Part shown: positions 30,933-41,001 of the stretch, piece by piece
Numbering within the stretch: the first letter of the stretch is position 1
Layout of the letters: each line of letters opens with the position of its first letter
Assembly (NCBI GenBank): GCA_046727435.1
Contig: JBKPCR010000099.1
Location: forward strand, 253-64,252
DNA: 64,000 bases
Origin: a bacterium
GTDB lineage: Bacteria > Tectomicrobia > Entotheonellia > J063 > CAVPRW01
Direction of reading: 5' to 3'
The notes under the pieces: model-generated
Told to the model about the DNA's origin: nothing
What the model saw: the letters and a program-made list of their open reading frames with translations, nothing else
Databases searched by the model: none
Made by a program: the position numbers and the translations under genes

Positions 30933-32201
30933 CTAGGCTCGGCCGACTGAGCGTCTGTAGAACGCGTCTAACGTGTCACCGATGACCTGCCAAGAGTAAC
31001 GACGCTCAACCAATTGCCTCCCCTCCATTGCGAGGCGTTCGCGCAACTCCTCGCGATCCAATAATGCGATAAGCTGCTGCGCGAAATCCCCCGCCGCATC
31101 GGCGACGAGGACGTGTTGACCGTGGACGCACTCGATGCCTTGAACGCCGACTGTGGTTGAGACAATGGGAACCCGCATGGCCATCGCCTCGAGTACTCTG
31201 AGCCGCGTGCCACCACCCGCCAACAGGGGCACCACAAAGGCAGCCGCATCGCGCACATGCTCTCTGATGTCTGCGACCGATGCGGCCACGCTGACACCAC
31301 GAGAGACCTGACGCAGGAGCGCCCGCTGGGGGTTACGCCCGACGATGTGTAAAGTAGCGTCTGGCCGCGCCTCCATCACCGACGGCCACACTTGGTTGAG
31401 GAACCAGAGTAACCCTTCGACATTGGGCAGCCAGTCGAGTGATCCAACCGACACTACCCGATAAGGGCGAGGCCGACGGGGGATGTCGAAGAAGGCGGGG
31501 TCAACTCCGTTCGGTATGACCTCCTGGTCAGTGTGCGGTGCTACTGCCTCCACCATATGGGCGTCCCGCGCAGAGACGACACCGACGGCATCCACAGCCT
31601 GTAATGTCTCTTGTTCGAAACGGGCGAGCTTTCGCAGTTGCGAGCCAAGATACCAGCGGAGAAGTGCTTTCGAGGTGTTATCGCGAGTTGAGCGCAGAAG
31701 ACTCGTTTCATAATTATGCTCATCCAAATATACAGCCGGTCTTGGACAGCAACTCTGCAGATACACTGCAGCATCCAGGTGATCCAAGTGCACAAGATCA
31801 AAAGACTCACGACTCATAAGGCTGCTGATCAGACGAGCCAAGCCCTCGCGATAATGGCTATATGCAGCCACATACGGTCTGGCACTGGCGACGAAAGCCA
31901 CTGGGTCAAGGATTTTACTTACAACCGATGGGGGCTTTAACGGAACAGAATAGAGCTGAGAAACCAACGCGCGGATTTGCTCCTCCCCCTCTGTGTCCTT
32001 TGGAGCTTTTTGCGTCACGAGTGTTACCTCATGGCGCAGCCCAACTTGTCGGAGGATGTGATAGGTACGAATTCTCCCACCGGTGTTGAGAGGCCATGGA
32101 AGAAACTCTGTAATGAACAGTACACGGAGTTTTCTCTTCCAAGCACTGGATTCGAGCCTATAATATCTTCTCTTGTGGTGACGTTGACTTCTGGGGATCA
32201 T
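30933..32201 (-). CDS. Glycosyltransferase family 4.
   Basis: LRVLFITEFLPWPLNTGGRIRTYHILRQ... and C-terminal LRVLEAMAMRVPIVSTTVGVQGIE.HGQHVLVAD. The basic N-terminal extension may be an artefact of start choice. Confidence 0.8.
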   Translation of the reverse strand: MIPRSQRHHKRRYYRLESSAWKRKLRVLFITEFLPWPLNTGGRIRTYHILRQVGLRHEVTLVTQKAPKDTEGEEQIRALVSQLYSVPLKPPSVVSKILDPVAFVASARPYVAAYSHYREGLARLISSLMSRESFDLVHLDHLDAAVYLQSCCPRPAVYLDEHNYETSLLRSTRDNTSKALLRWYLGSQLRKLARFEQETLQAVDAVGVVSARDAHMVEAVAPHTDQEVIPNGVDPAFFDIPRRPRPYRVVSVGSLDWLPNVEGLLWFLNQVWPSVMEARPDATLHIVGRNPQRALLRQVSRGVSVAASVADIREHVRDAAAFVVPLLAGGGTRLRVLEAMAMRVPIVSTTVGVQGIECVHGQHVLVADAAGDFAQQLIALLDREELRERLAMEGRQLVERRYSWQVIGDTLDAFYRRSVGRA

Positions 32202-32288
32202 GGGCTGAGTCCCGACTTGTTATATGATGTCCGGCTTTTTGGTTGGACTGTGGCGCACAGCTGTCGTGTTTGTGCCATACACCAGTGG

Positions 32289-33364
32289 TCAGATAAGTTC
32301 TTGCTCTACGCGGCGCTGGCCGGCCTTGTGGTGCTGATTGATGAGTTTCCAGAGCGCGTCCCGCAGCTTTGTGGGCTGGAGCCAGCGCATGACCACCACG
32401 GAGACAATTGCGAGGCCTGGATAGAGAATAAGCATGAGGAGGCCGATACGCGGCCAATAGCTGGGAATCACATAGCGCAGCGGCGGCTGCAGCGCGAATA
32501 GCAGGGGCATATGCGCAATAAAGATGAATAACGAATGACGGGCGAAGAACGCAACTATAGCATAAGCAGGGAGACGCCTGGCAACCTCGAAGACGAGCCA
32601 GGTATAGGCAACGTAGAGGAAGGTGACACATGCAGAACGCGTCAGCACCATGGCCGAGCCAGCCATACCAATAAAATTCCGGAAGGGGAATGCCTCATCG
32701 AGAACAACCTGGCGCATGCCAAGAGTCCAGGCGATGAGCAAAGTCGCTAGGCTTAACAGGTACATGGGCAGGGCCGCGTCGTTTGCCTTCTGCTCTCGGT
32801 CGCGCATGTACATACCTAACAGGAACACTGTGGCCCAATTCGGAAGCATCATATACGTGCGGAAGAGGGCTCCGCTGTCCAGCATTACGGCTCGAAGAAT
32901 GATTTCTCCCAGTGCGACAATGCCAACCATCCAGAGCCGAACGCGCACTTTGTGAAGCACCAGCGCCCAGAGCAGGACCACATGTATATAAGTGCCGATA
33001 TACCAGGTCGTCGGATTGGCCGGGAAGTAGTCCAGCAGAACATTGATCCCAAGGAAGAAGGGGAGATAGTTGCTTTCGTTTAAGTCACGCTGCGTCACGA
33101 AGAGGATTGCACTCATCACCATGGCAAAGCCGAGACCCACGAGAATGACCGGAAATAACCTATTGTAGACGACTTGAAAGCGATGCCGCGATTCGCGTGC
33201 CAATCCCCATCCGATGACGAAGATGAAGAACGCCACACCGAGCTGCTTGGCATAGATTGGTGGGGTCAGGTACATAATTGAACCGGTGGCGACGTGTCCC
33301 AAGACAATTAGGAACATGCCCAGGCTCTTCATCCAATCGATGAAATGGATATGTGGACGATCCA
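32289..33364 (-). CDS. Acyltransferase family 3 (OatA/WecH-like membrane O-acyltransferase).
   Basis: The likely start is MDRPHIHFIDWMKSLGMFLIVLGH (AGGAG 9 nt upstream). 10 TM segments. Confidence 0.75.
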
Positions 33365-33390
33365 TGCTAGTCTGCTCCTGAGCCACCAGT

Positions 33391-34023
33391 TCAGCCCTGA
33401 CTCTGCGTCTGCAGCTCGTCTCTGAGTTGTCGGACGAATCGACTTGGGTTGCCCGCCAGCAGAATCCCAGCCCGTGCATCCTGCTCAACAACCGCCCCGG
33501 CCGCCACCATGGTCCCTGCCCCAACATTGGCCATGACGATGGCGCCCTCTCCGATCCATGCGTAGTCCCCGATTTTGATCTGGTGCAGTCGCGTCTTGTC
33601 GCAGGGGCCCCAGCGACCCTGCTCGTCCAGTTCGTGTAAGGCAGTGCCACTGAGGAGACTTGCTCGGCTGCCGATCAGACACCCTTCACCGAGATGAGTC
33701 GAGCCCACCAAGGCGTATGCCCCGATGTAAGCGTTCTGCTCTACAACAGCACAACGATGCGTGAAGAGCGCGCCAAAGCCAATGTAGAAATTGGACGCAC
33801 AGCGGTCCAAGGTCAAGCGGTAGTATGCACGGCGCAGAAACACTCCCGGTACCCCAGGGAAGACGGAGAATATGTGGGCCCAGAACAGAAACATGGATTC
33901 CGAGCCGTCAGTGATGCGCTCCTCGAGCCAACAACTGAAGGCGCACGGTGACACCAGCGCCAGACATACGCCATTCATGAGCGTTTTGATAGTTATCCGA
34001 ATCTTGGGCAATCGTTTCTTCAT
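33391..34023 (-). CDS. Hexapeptide-repeat (LbH) acetyltransferase, WcaF-like.
   Basis: N-terminal hydrophobic segment, then repeated [LIV]-G-x-x-x-x hexads ...NAYIGAYALVGSTHLGEGCLIGSRASLL...IGDYAWIGEGAIVMANVGAGTMVAAGAVV. Confidence 0.75.
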   Translation of the reverse strand: MKKRLPKIRITIKTLMNGVCLALVSPCAFSCWLEERITDGSESMFLFWAHIFSVFPGVPGVFLRRAYYRLTLDRCASNFYIGFGALFTHRCAVVEQNAYIGAYALVGSTHLGEGCLIGSRASLLSGTALHELDEQGRWGPCDKTRLHQIKIGDYAWIGEGAIVMANVGAGTMVAAGAVVEQDARAGILLAGNPSRFVRQLRDELQTQSQG

Positions 34024-34079
34024 AACAATTCTCCGTGGATGGTGAAAGCCCTGCTACTCTCAGACCTTTCCTCGCGGCG

Positions 34080-35432
34080 TTACAAGGCCTGACTGGCTGC
34101 CCGACGCATTCGCTTGAATCGTTCAGTATGCAGAGGTTCGTTGGTGAAGCGCACCCGCGTCGGAATTTGGTATGGCGCGAGCCGGTCCTTACAGAAACGG
34201 CGCATCCGTATCTTGAATTGCGCCGCCGACTCCTCGCGTTGTAATTTGATGGTCGCCGCCACCATATGACCAGTGAGCGGGTTGGGCTCGGCATACACCA
34301 CTGCGTCTTGCACATTGTCCAATGTCAGTAAAACGCTCTCGACTTCCGCAGGGAAAACTTTGCTGCCACCGACGTTAATGATCTCACTTGCCCGACCAAG
34401 GATGCGCAGCCATTCGCCATCGACTTCGACCACGTCGCCGGTGTCGAAATAGCCTTGCTCATCCAACGAGCTTGCGGCATTGAGGTAGCCCAGCATCGCC
34501 GACTCAGCTTTGATCCACAGCCGATTGTCGATGACTTTCATCTGGTACCCTTCCCCGCCGAGTCGCACCCACCGCGACGTCGAGTCGCGTGATTGCGATC
34601 GGAGAATGCCCAACTCGGACAGGCCGTAGGTCTGCTGCAGCGTCACCGCCGGAAAGACTTGAGCTACCCAGTCTAACGTGCTCTGTGGCATAGGCTCAGT
34701 GCCATAGGTAATCAGCCGCAATGATGATAAGTCGTATGCCTTGTCCGCACCGGAAAGGAGCAAGAAATTAAGGAACGTTGGTGACGTCGGCAACAGTTCC
34801 ACACGGTGCTGCTGGATGGCCTGACACACTCCGCTCGGACTTCGATCCGCCGCCACGACCGCCATACCGCCATTCGATAAGGTATAAAAAAGCGTGTTGA
34901 TGCCACCGATATGATCGAGTCCGAGAAAGAGCAGTGTGCGCCATCGGCGTCGTGGTTGTTGAAACTTCTTCAGTAACAGATGTAGATCATGCACCACTGC
35001 CTTGTTTTTCCCCGTTGAGCCGGATGAAAACAGCACCAGCCCTGGGGCTTCGCGCTGTTGGAGTAAATCATATAACGGCTGTTGTGCATGTCGCCCAGTT
35101 GACTCGATTGTCGGGGTGGTACCAGCCAGGCGGATGTAATATTCGACCTGAGCAATGTCACAGAACTCATCATGATGCGACTGGGCTTCTCGCGACAGCG
35201 GCACGATGATGGTGCGACGTTGCATCAAAGCGAGCAGCAGGGAAAGCGTCTGGGCACTGTAGTGGCCGTCTATGCCCACCACAGTGCCGGGGCTGAGGAG
35301 GGCCTGGCCAAGATGATCCTGCCAGGCTCGAACGTGGTCCCACAGGCTTTGGTAGGTCATGACAGTGATGTCGGAGGCGAGGGCCTCGCAGTCTGCATGC
35401 GCCCGCATCGTCTCCAGTAGAAACGTCATCAT
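34080..35432 (-). CDS. AMP-dependent synthetase/ligase (acyl-CoA or acyl-ACP ligase, exosortase-A-associated type).
   Basis: Adenylation motifs LFSSGSTGKNKAVV (A3), YGTEPM, TGD..E.DGEWLRILGRASE.INVGGSKVFPAEVE. Confidence 0.75.
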   Translation of the reverse strand: MMTFLLETMRAHADCEALASDITVMTYQSLWDHVRAWQDHLGQALLSPGTVVGIDGHYSAQTLSLLLALMQRRTIIVPLSREAQSHHDEFCDIAQVEYYIRLAGTTPTIESTGRHAQQPLYDLLQQREAPGLVLFSSGSTGKNKAVVHDLHLLLKKFQQPRRRWRTLLFLGLDHIGGINTLFYTLSNGGMAVVAADRSPSGVCQAIQQHRVELLPTSPTFLNFLLLSGADKAYDLSSLRLITYGTEPMPQSTLDWVAQVFPAVTLQQTYGLSELGILRSQSRDSTSRWVRLGGEGYQMKVIDNRLWIKAESAMLGYLNAASSLDEQGYFDTGDVVEVDGEWLRILGRASEIINVGGSKVFPAEVESVLLTLDNVQDAVVYAEPNPLTGHMVAATIKLQREESAAQFKIRMRRFCKDRLAPYQIPTRVRFTNEPLHTERFKRMRRAASQAL

Positions 35433-36142
35433 CCTAGTCCTCCCAGATAGATGACCTGTCCGGTGATCATCTGGCTTTCAGGATGGAGAAAGAAATCGAT
35501 GATATGCGCCACATCGCTGGGTTGAGCCATACGCCTGATGGCTTGCTGTTCCACGAGGTGGCGAATCTTCTCTGCCCCCACACCTTTGAGCAGATCTGTA
35601 TCGATCGGGGTTGGGCCGACGGCATTACAGGTGATGCCGAAGGCACCCAACTCCCGGGCTGCTATGCGGGTTAGGGTTTCAATGGCGCTTTTTGAGGCAG
35701 CGTAGATTGCCTCGCCCGCCAACCGCAATGGCACCGCGACACTAGACATGTTGACAATGCGCGGTGCAGGGGATTTACGCAGCAGGCGAATCGCCGCTTG
35801 GCTCAGCAGGAACGTGCCCAGAAAGTTTGTTTCCATGATACGGCGTGCCACCTCCACTGGCGTCAGCGCGATCGGATTCATATTGGCGACGCCGGCATTG
35901 TTGATCAGCGCATCTAGGCCGCCCACGTCCCGTTGCACGTCATGTAACAGTGTCTGCACGGCGTGCGCATCCGTCACATCGACACGATAATGGCGATACC
36001 CCTCATGGCTAATGAGGCGTTCCGACGCTTCAGTGCGCGCGCAACCGATGACGAAGTCACCCTGGTCAAGGTAGTGACCCGCCAGATAGCATCCCAGTCC
36101 TCGGCTGGCACCCGTGATGAGGATGTGACGTCTCCTGCTCAT
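35429..36142 (-). CDS. Short-chain dehydrogenase/reductase (SDR, FabG-like).
   Basis: ILITGASRGLG (TGxxxGxG), NNAGV, catalytic YAASKSAIETL (YxxxK). Its 3' end overlaps the ligase start (ATGA). Confidence 0.8.
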   Translation of the reverse strand: MSRRRHILITGASRGLGCYLAGHYLDQGDFVIGCARTEASERLISHEGYRHYRVDVTDAHAVQTLLHDVQRDVGGLDALINNAGVANMNPIALTPVEVARRIMETNFLGTFLLSQAAIRLLRKSPAPRIVNMSSVAVPLRLAGEAIYAASKSAIETLTRIAARELGAFGITCNAVGPTPIDTDLLKGVGAEKIRHLVEQQAIRRMAQPSDVAHIIDFFLHPESQMITGQVIYLGGLG

Positions 36143-36145
36143 CGC

Positions 36146-36436
36146 TCAGCTGGCCAGACGATCTTCGATGAAGGCCACCAGGGACGGCACATCTTTGAAA
36201 GGACTCCGTGCACGCGACATCGCCCGCTCGTTTGTTAGGATAATGTTGTAGCCCGCTTCCCCAAGGGCCTCCTCGATGTCGATAATGAGGGCGACGAGGC
36301 CCATGGAGTCAAGTTGACCATCATTGCCAAACAACGGGGCATCGGGCGAGACGGTTAACTGTTGGTTGTCCTCGCGCGCCTGATTGGCCATACGTAGCGC
36401 GTCAAGAATAATTGTTTGAATCTGACTACAATCCAC
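36146..36436 (-). CDS. Acyl carrier protein (phosphopantetheine-binding).
   Basis: 96 aa with GQLDSMGLVALIIDIEEALG, a DSL/DSM Ser attachment motif. Confidence 0.7.
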   Translation of the reverse strand: MDCSQIQTIILDALRMANQAREDNQQLTVSPDAPLFGNDGQLDSMGLVALIIDIEEALGEAGYNIILTNERAMSRARSPFKDVPSLVAFIEDRLAS

Positions 36437-36560
36437 TGCATGCTCTCCTTAATCGCGATATCTCAAAGGGCAACCATGGCAGCGAGAATGCGTTTGGGAG
36501 GAGGTTTCTCATAAGGAGTTGCCATGGTCCACGACGTGTGTCGGTTAGGGGCCTCCCTCC

Positions 36561-38501
36561 TCAGCCTACGGAGAGGGGAGAACTGCTTATTGCAGGCCTC
36601 TTTTGTGTGAGGCCTTCGCCATCGATGAAGGTTCGATGCCAGAGTTCCAGTATCAACAAATCCCAGAGGTACTTCGCGTGATCTGCTTCCCCACGACAAT
36701 GGGCCTCGAGCAACTTCGCGATTGCCTCGGACTGAAAATACCCCCGCTGCAGAGCACGCGGGGTGAGGAGGACGTCGTGCGCCATCTCCCGTAATTCCTT
36801 GCGGAACCAGCGCGCCAGGGGGACACAGAAACCCATTTTAGGTCGCTTCAAGACAGCCTCTGGAAGCTCATCACGGAACGCAGCCTTCAGCACACGCTTC
36901 TGCTGCCTACCTGTGAGCTTCAAGCATGCTGGTAAACTTGCGACAAATTCCATCAGCTCATGGTCGAGGAAGGGTGATCGAGCCTCCAGAGAGTGAGCCA
37001 TCGTCGCCCGATCGATTTTGACCAACAGATCCTCGGGGAGAAACAGGTTGACATCTGTGTCGAGCATTGTATCAACCCATTCCTCGGTGTCACTCCGAGC
37101 AAAAGCCTCTCCAAATAATCCTTCTGGATTGCTCTCTATGACCTGTGCGCCAAATGATGAGGTATATAACCGCTGTCGCGCCTCTGGGGAGAAGTGTTCC
37201 ATCCAGTAGGCATAGCGGCATGCTGGTGACAAGGCGAGTAACTCTGTCAAATGTGTGATCTTGCGTAACAGTCGGTGCTGCCTCCTGACCGACGACAGGC
37301 CTCGCCCCCACGAAGCAATCCATTGCCGCAGCCACAATGGGATGACCTCTCCTCGTCGCACTAATAGATCTTTGACGTACCACTCATACCCTGCAAAGTT
37401 CTCATCCCCCCCATCGCCATTGAGAACCACTGTGACATGCTGGCTGGTGAGCTCGGCAATCGCGTAGCTCGGCACCGCCGAGGTATCCCCAAATGGCTCG
37501 TCGTAATGCCAGACAAGACGTGGGAGAATATCGGTCACTGGAGCCTTTACTACCAGCTCTGTATGAATAGTCCCAAAGCGTTCTGCTACCAGTCGGGCAT
37601 ATGGGCGCTCATCAAATGACGCATCCTCAAATCCCACCGAAAACGTCCGCACCGGATGTCCCATTTCTTGTGCCATGGCGGCCACGACAGCGCTTGAGTC
37701 AACACCACCACTGAGGAATGCCCCAAGCGGGACATCGCTGACCAGGCGGAGACGGACGGCCTCGGCAAAACGCCAGCGTAATTCGGCTACAGCCTCTGGC
37801 AGGGTGATCTGGCGTTTGGGGGTGTATTGGAGTTTCCAGTAACGCCCTATCTCTAAGTGACCATCGCGGACTTCAAGCCAGTGAGCTGGAGGAAGTTTTC
37901 GTATGCCCCGAAAAGCCGTCAGCGGCGCTGGGATATATTGCAAGGCGAGGAAATGATCCAGGGCCACCGGATCGGGTTCAGCCGGAATAGTGTGATCAGC
38001 GAGCAGCGCCTTGATCTCGGACCCAAACAGAAAGCAATCGCGGCCGAGATAATAAAATAGGGGTTTCTTTCCTACCCGATCACGCGCCAAGAATAAAAGA
38101 CGCTGGCGCGCATCCCAGATGGCGAAGGCGAACATGCCGCGTAACCGCTCGACACACGTGCGACCATACTCCTCATAGGCATGGACGATGACTTCAGTAT
38201 CACTCTGGGTGCGGAAAATGTGCCCTTTGGCTTGGAGTGCTTGACGCAGCTCCTGGAAGTTGTAGATCTCGCCATTGAACGTAATCCAGATGGTGCCGTC
38301 TTCATTGCACATTGGCTGATCGGCCACAGCACGTAGGTCGATAATCGCCAGACGGCGATGGGCCAGCCCCACATGTTGAGCTGCCCAGACCCCGTCACCG
38401 TCGGGGCCACGATGGCTGAGGGCCGTGGCCATCTGTTGCAGTTCCTTGGGGTCGACGGTGCGTGTCTGGTCGAAATAGAGCTTTCCACAAATACCGCACA
38501 T
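36561..38501 (-). CDS. Asparagine synthase (glutamine-hydrolysing) family amidotransferase (exosortase-system-associated AsnB type).
   Basis: N-terminal MCGICG class-II GATase nucleophile. SGGVDSS PP-loop at aa ~265. 646 aa. Confidence 0.85.
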   Translation of the reverse strand: MCGICGKLYFDQTRTVDPKELQQMATALSHRGPDGDGVWAAQHVGLAHRRLAIIDLRAVADQPMCNEDGTIWITFNGEIYNFQELRQALQAKGHIFRTQSDTEVIVHAYEEYGRTCVERLRGMFAFAIWDARQRLLFLARDRVGKKPLFYYLGRDCFLFGSEIKALLADHTIPAEPDPVALDHFLALQYIPAPLTAFRGIRKLPPAHWLEVRDGHLEIGRYWKLQYTPKRQITLPEAVAELRWRFAEAVRLRLVSDVPLGAFLSGGVDSSAVVAAMAQEMGHPVRTFSVGFEDASFDERPYARLVAERFGTIHTELVVKAPVTDILPRLVWHYDEPFGDTSAVPSYAIAELTSQHVTVVLNGDGGDENFAGYEWYVKDLLVRRGEVIPLWLRQWIASWGRGLSSVRRQHRLLRKITHLTELLALSPACRYAYWMEHFSPEARQRLYTSSFGAQVIESNPEGLFGEAFARSDTEEWVDTMLDTDVNLFLPEDLLVKIDRATMAHSLEARSPFLDHELMEFVASLPACLKLTGRQQKRVLKAAFRDELPEAVLKRPKMGFCVPLARWFRKELREMAHDVLLTPRALQRGYFQSEAIAKLLEAHCRGEADHAKYLWDLLILELWHRTFIDGEGLTQKRPAISSSPLSVG

Positions 38502-38534
38502 AGTTTACTGGTTCCCGAAGATTGTTGAGGAATG

Positions 38535-39722
38535 TTAGGACGAAGTCGCCGCGTAAGCTGAGGAGATCCCTGCGGGCTGTACCCCTATGAGATGTTCATA
38601 GAGGCTTTCAATGCGCTGCAAGCGCCCAGTAAAAGAGAATTCACGCTCCACGTGCCTCCGGCCAGCTTGACCCATTCGCCACCGCATATCTTGATTGTCT
38701 GATAAAGTGTTCAGGGCTTCGGCTAATCCGTAGACATCCTGCTGTGGTAAGACAAAGCCGGTCTCGCCGTTGATGACCAGTTCTTTCGCCCCGGCCACGT
38801 CCGTGGTCACGACAGGGAGACCCAGTGCCATGGCTTCGAGGATCGAATTCGGCAGACCTTCGCGACGGGAGCTCATGAAGAAGATGTCGAAGCTACGGTA
38901 AAACGGCGGTAGGTTTTCCTGATAACCTGAGAAGATCACGCGCTTATTGATTCCGAGTGAGGCCGCCAAGTCACGAAGCTGATGCAATGTGTGTCCGTCA
39001 CGGCCCTCGCCTACCAATACAAAGCCGGCGTGTGGAAATTTTTCGGCCACCAGGGCGGCCGCACGCAGCCAGGTCTCGAGATCCTTCTCGGGCATAATCC
39101 GACCGACATAACCAATGATTGGAGAAGCATGGCCCAGTCCCAACTCTTCACGAAGGTTTCTGCTCACTTGGGTGGGTGACCAGGTATCTGTCTCGATGGC
39201 ATTATGGATAACACTAATCATCGCTGCTGGCACTCCAGCCGCAGTCATTTCATCCTTGGTCGCCTGGGAGACCGCGATCAGATGCGTGAAACGGCGCATC
39301 AGGAAGAGATCGAGGCGACGATAGAGACGGCCGCGTGGTCCCAACATCACCCAGGCATGGGCTGTTGACAGCAAAGCGAGACGTCGTCGGCGCAACCGTA
39401 GGCCGACCACATAGGCAAACAGGTCGCTTTTATAGTCGTGGGCATGAATGAGGTTAATATCGTGCTTGATGATGATGTCCCGGATGGCTCGTAAGACATG
39501 CAGGTCAAACTTGCCATGCTCCACGATCTCATAGAAGGTGAGACCCAAGGCACGAGCTTTGTCGGCGATTCTGAATTCATGGTCATGAGCATCGCGGACA
39601 TAAGCGACGACGACCGAGACCCGGCTTGGGTCGTGTTGGGCTGCCGAGAGCAGGATGGTCTTGTCAGGACCACCACCCCATTTATACGTATTGCGGAGTT
39701 CGAGAAGACGAATCGGAGGCAT
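38535..39722 (-). CDS. Glycosyltransferase family 4.
   Basis: The likely start is MPPIRLLELRNTYKWGGGPDKTIL (AAGGA Shine-Dalgarno). C-terminal EGLPNSILEAMALGLPVVTTDVAGAKELV.NGETGFV. Confidence 0.8.
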   Translation of the reverse strand: MPPIRLLELRNTYKWGGGPDKTILLSAAQHDPSRVSVVVAYVRDAHDHEFRIADKARALGLTFYEIVEHGKFDLHVLRAIRDIIIKHDINLIHAHDYKSDLFAYVVGLRLRRRRLALLSTAHAWVMLGPRGRLYRRLDLFLMRRFTHLIAVSQATKDEMTAAGVPAAMISVIHNAIETDTWSPTQVSRNLREELGLGHASPIIGYVGRIMPEKDLETWLRAAALVAEKFPHAGFVLVGEGRDGHTLHQLRDLAASLGINKRVIFSGYQENLPPFYRSFDIFFMSSRREGLPNSILEAMALGLPVVTTDVAGAKELVINGETGFVLPQQDVYGLAEALNTLSDNQDMRWRMGQAGRRHVEREFSFTGRLQRIESLYEHLIGVQPAGISSAYAATSS

Positions 39723-39784
39723 TGTTCCTTTTGGCTCAGGGCTGCCCATCGTAGGCTGGGCAGCGCAAGCTGTGCTGCATTGCA

Positions 39785-40075
39785 TTAGTGTGCTGCGCCG
39801 AGGCGCGACTGTTCAACCTTTAACTGATAGAGCATACGTCTGCTAGCTGTTTGAGGCCCACCACGTGGGACGAGCCAACCATCGTCCAGCACGTCGAGAT
39901 CGTGGGTCCGTGATTTTCCGAGCTCGGCAAGGTAGGCTACCATCGGCTCCAAAGCCTTTGCGACTTCGTGCGCCGTCTGTTGCTCCGCGGACATGAATGC
40001 CCGAGGGTTCGGCGGAAAAAGCCGATCCAGGAGCCGCAGCGTCCGCCCGTGAACGTTCCGATCGAGAGTCATCAT
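39785..40075 (-). CDS. Small hypothetical protein (96 aa), translationally coupled between GT4 and a kinase-like gene.
   Basis: Overlaps the kinase-like stop by 4 bp. No recognised family; a weak resemblance to small PqqD-like chaperone proteins is speculative. Confidence 0.4.
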   Translation of the reverse strand: MMTLDRNVHGRTLRLLDRLFPPNPRAFMSAEQQTAHEVAKALEPMVAYLAELGKSRTHDLDVLDDGWLVPRGGPQTASRRMLYQLKVEQSRLGAAH

Positions 40076-41001
40076 CGCGTTAGATCTCCAAGAAAGGCTT
40101 CAGGAGCGCCAGCCAGATCCTCGACCCAGTCGAGGAGAATCCGGCGCAGCCTCGTCCGCCGTTCCAGGCCATAACATTGGTTGATCCGCCAAAGCAAATG
40201 ATGCATTAGCAGGCCGGGGAGATGCTCCCCCACGACTGCACGGTCCATCAGGCTTCTCTCCACGCAGATCCTGATGCAATCGCTTCGTGACAATGGGCAT
40301 CGTTCGTCCTGAGAGAGGGGCAGCGAGAGCGCCAGGCCAAACGCATCATGCAACGGCATGAGCGTGCTGCCAAACTCGTCGAAATCGATCACCGCCAGCG
40401 AATCGGCCGAGACGAGGAGGTTGTTGAGGGAGAAGTCGCCGTGCTGCCAGATGCCTGGCCAGTCATCACCCCCGAAAACTTCGCCCCACTCCTCGACCCG
40501 CCGGAGCGCGAGCGCCGATAGCGAGATATTCCTCAACTCGAACAGGCGCACCTGCCGGGCCAGCTCAGCGCGGACGTTAACACACCCCACCCACGCCGGC
40601 ACTGCGCCGATCGCCGAGTGCAGCGGGAGCATGGCGGAGACCGCGCGAACCAGCAGATGCTGCCAATCGGCAGCTGTGGTGAGCCCGTCCGCCACGCGAA
40701 ACCACGGTATACCCGGCAGGCCTTCCTGGACGTGCACGTACATCTTGCCATGCCACGAACTGCAGCAGAGGGAGCGAGGAACCCCTCCGGGCACTCGGTG
40801 GTGCAGCTCGGAGAGAATTGCAACGACGCGCAGCAGACGATCGGCGGTGCCGAAGTCCACCACACACACGGGCCATGTCGAATCGTTGTCGAAGACCAGG
40901 TACTTTGGACGCGTGGTCCGGATACATGCGACAGTCGGCCGGCTGCCCTGCAGCAGCCCAGGCAGGAGTTGGCGGACGAGTGGAACGACTTCCAGCATCA
41001 T
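40072..41001 (-). CDS. Protein-kinase-like fold phosphotransferase (aminoglycoside/choline-kinase APH family); putative sugar/glycan kinase.
   Basis: Brenner and activation motifs HGDFSLNNLLV ... VIDFDEFG. Confidence 0.6.
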   Translation of the reverse strand: MMLEVVPLVRQLLPGLLQGSRPTVACIRTTRPKYLVFDNDSTWPVCVVDFGTADRLLRVVAILSELHHRVPGGVPRSLCCSSWHGKMYVHVQEGLPGIPWFRVADGLTTAADWQHLLVRAVSAMLPLHSAIGAVPAWVGCVNVRAELARQVRLFELRNISLSALALRRVEEWGEVFGGDDWPGIWQHGDFSLNNLLVSADSLAVIDFDEFGSTLMPLHDAFGLALSLPLSQDERCPLSRSDCIRICVERSLMDRAVVGEHLPGLLMHHLLWRINQCYGLERRTRLRRILLDWVEDLAGAPEAFLGDLTR

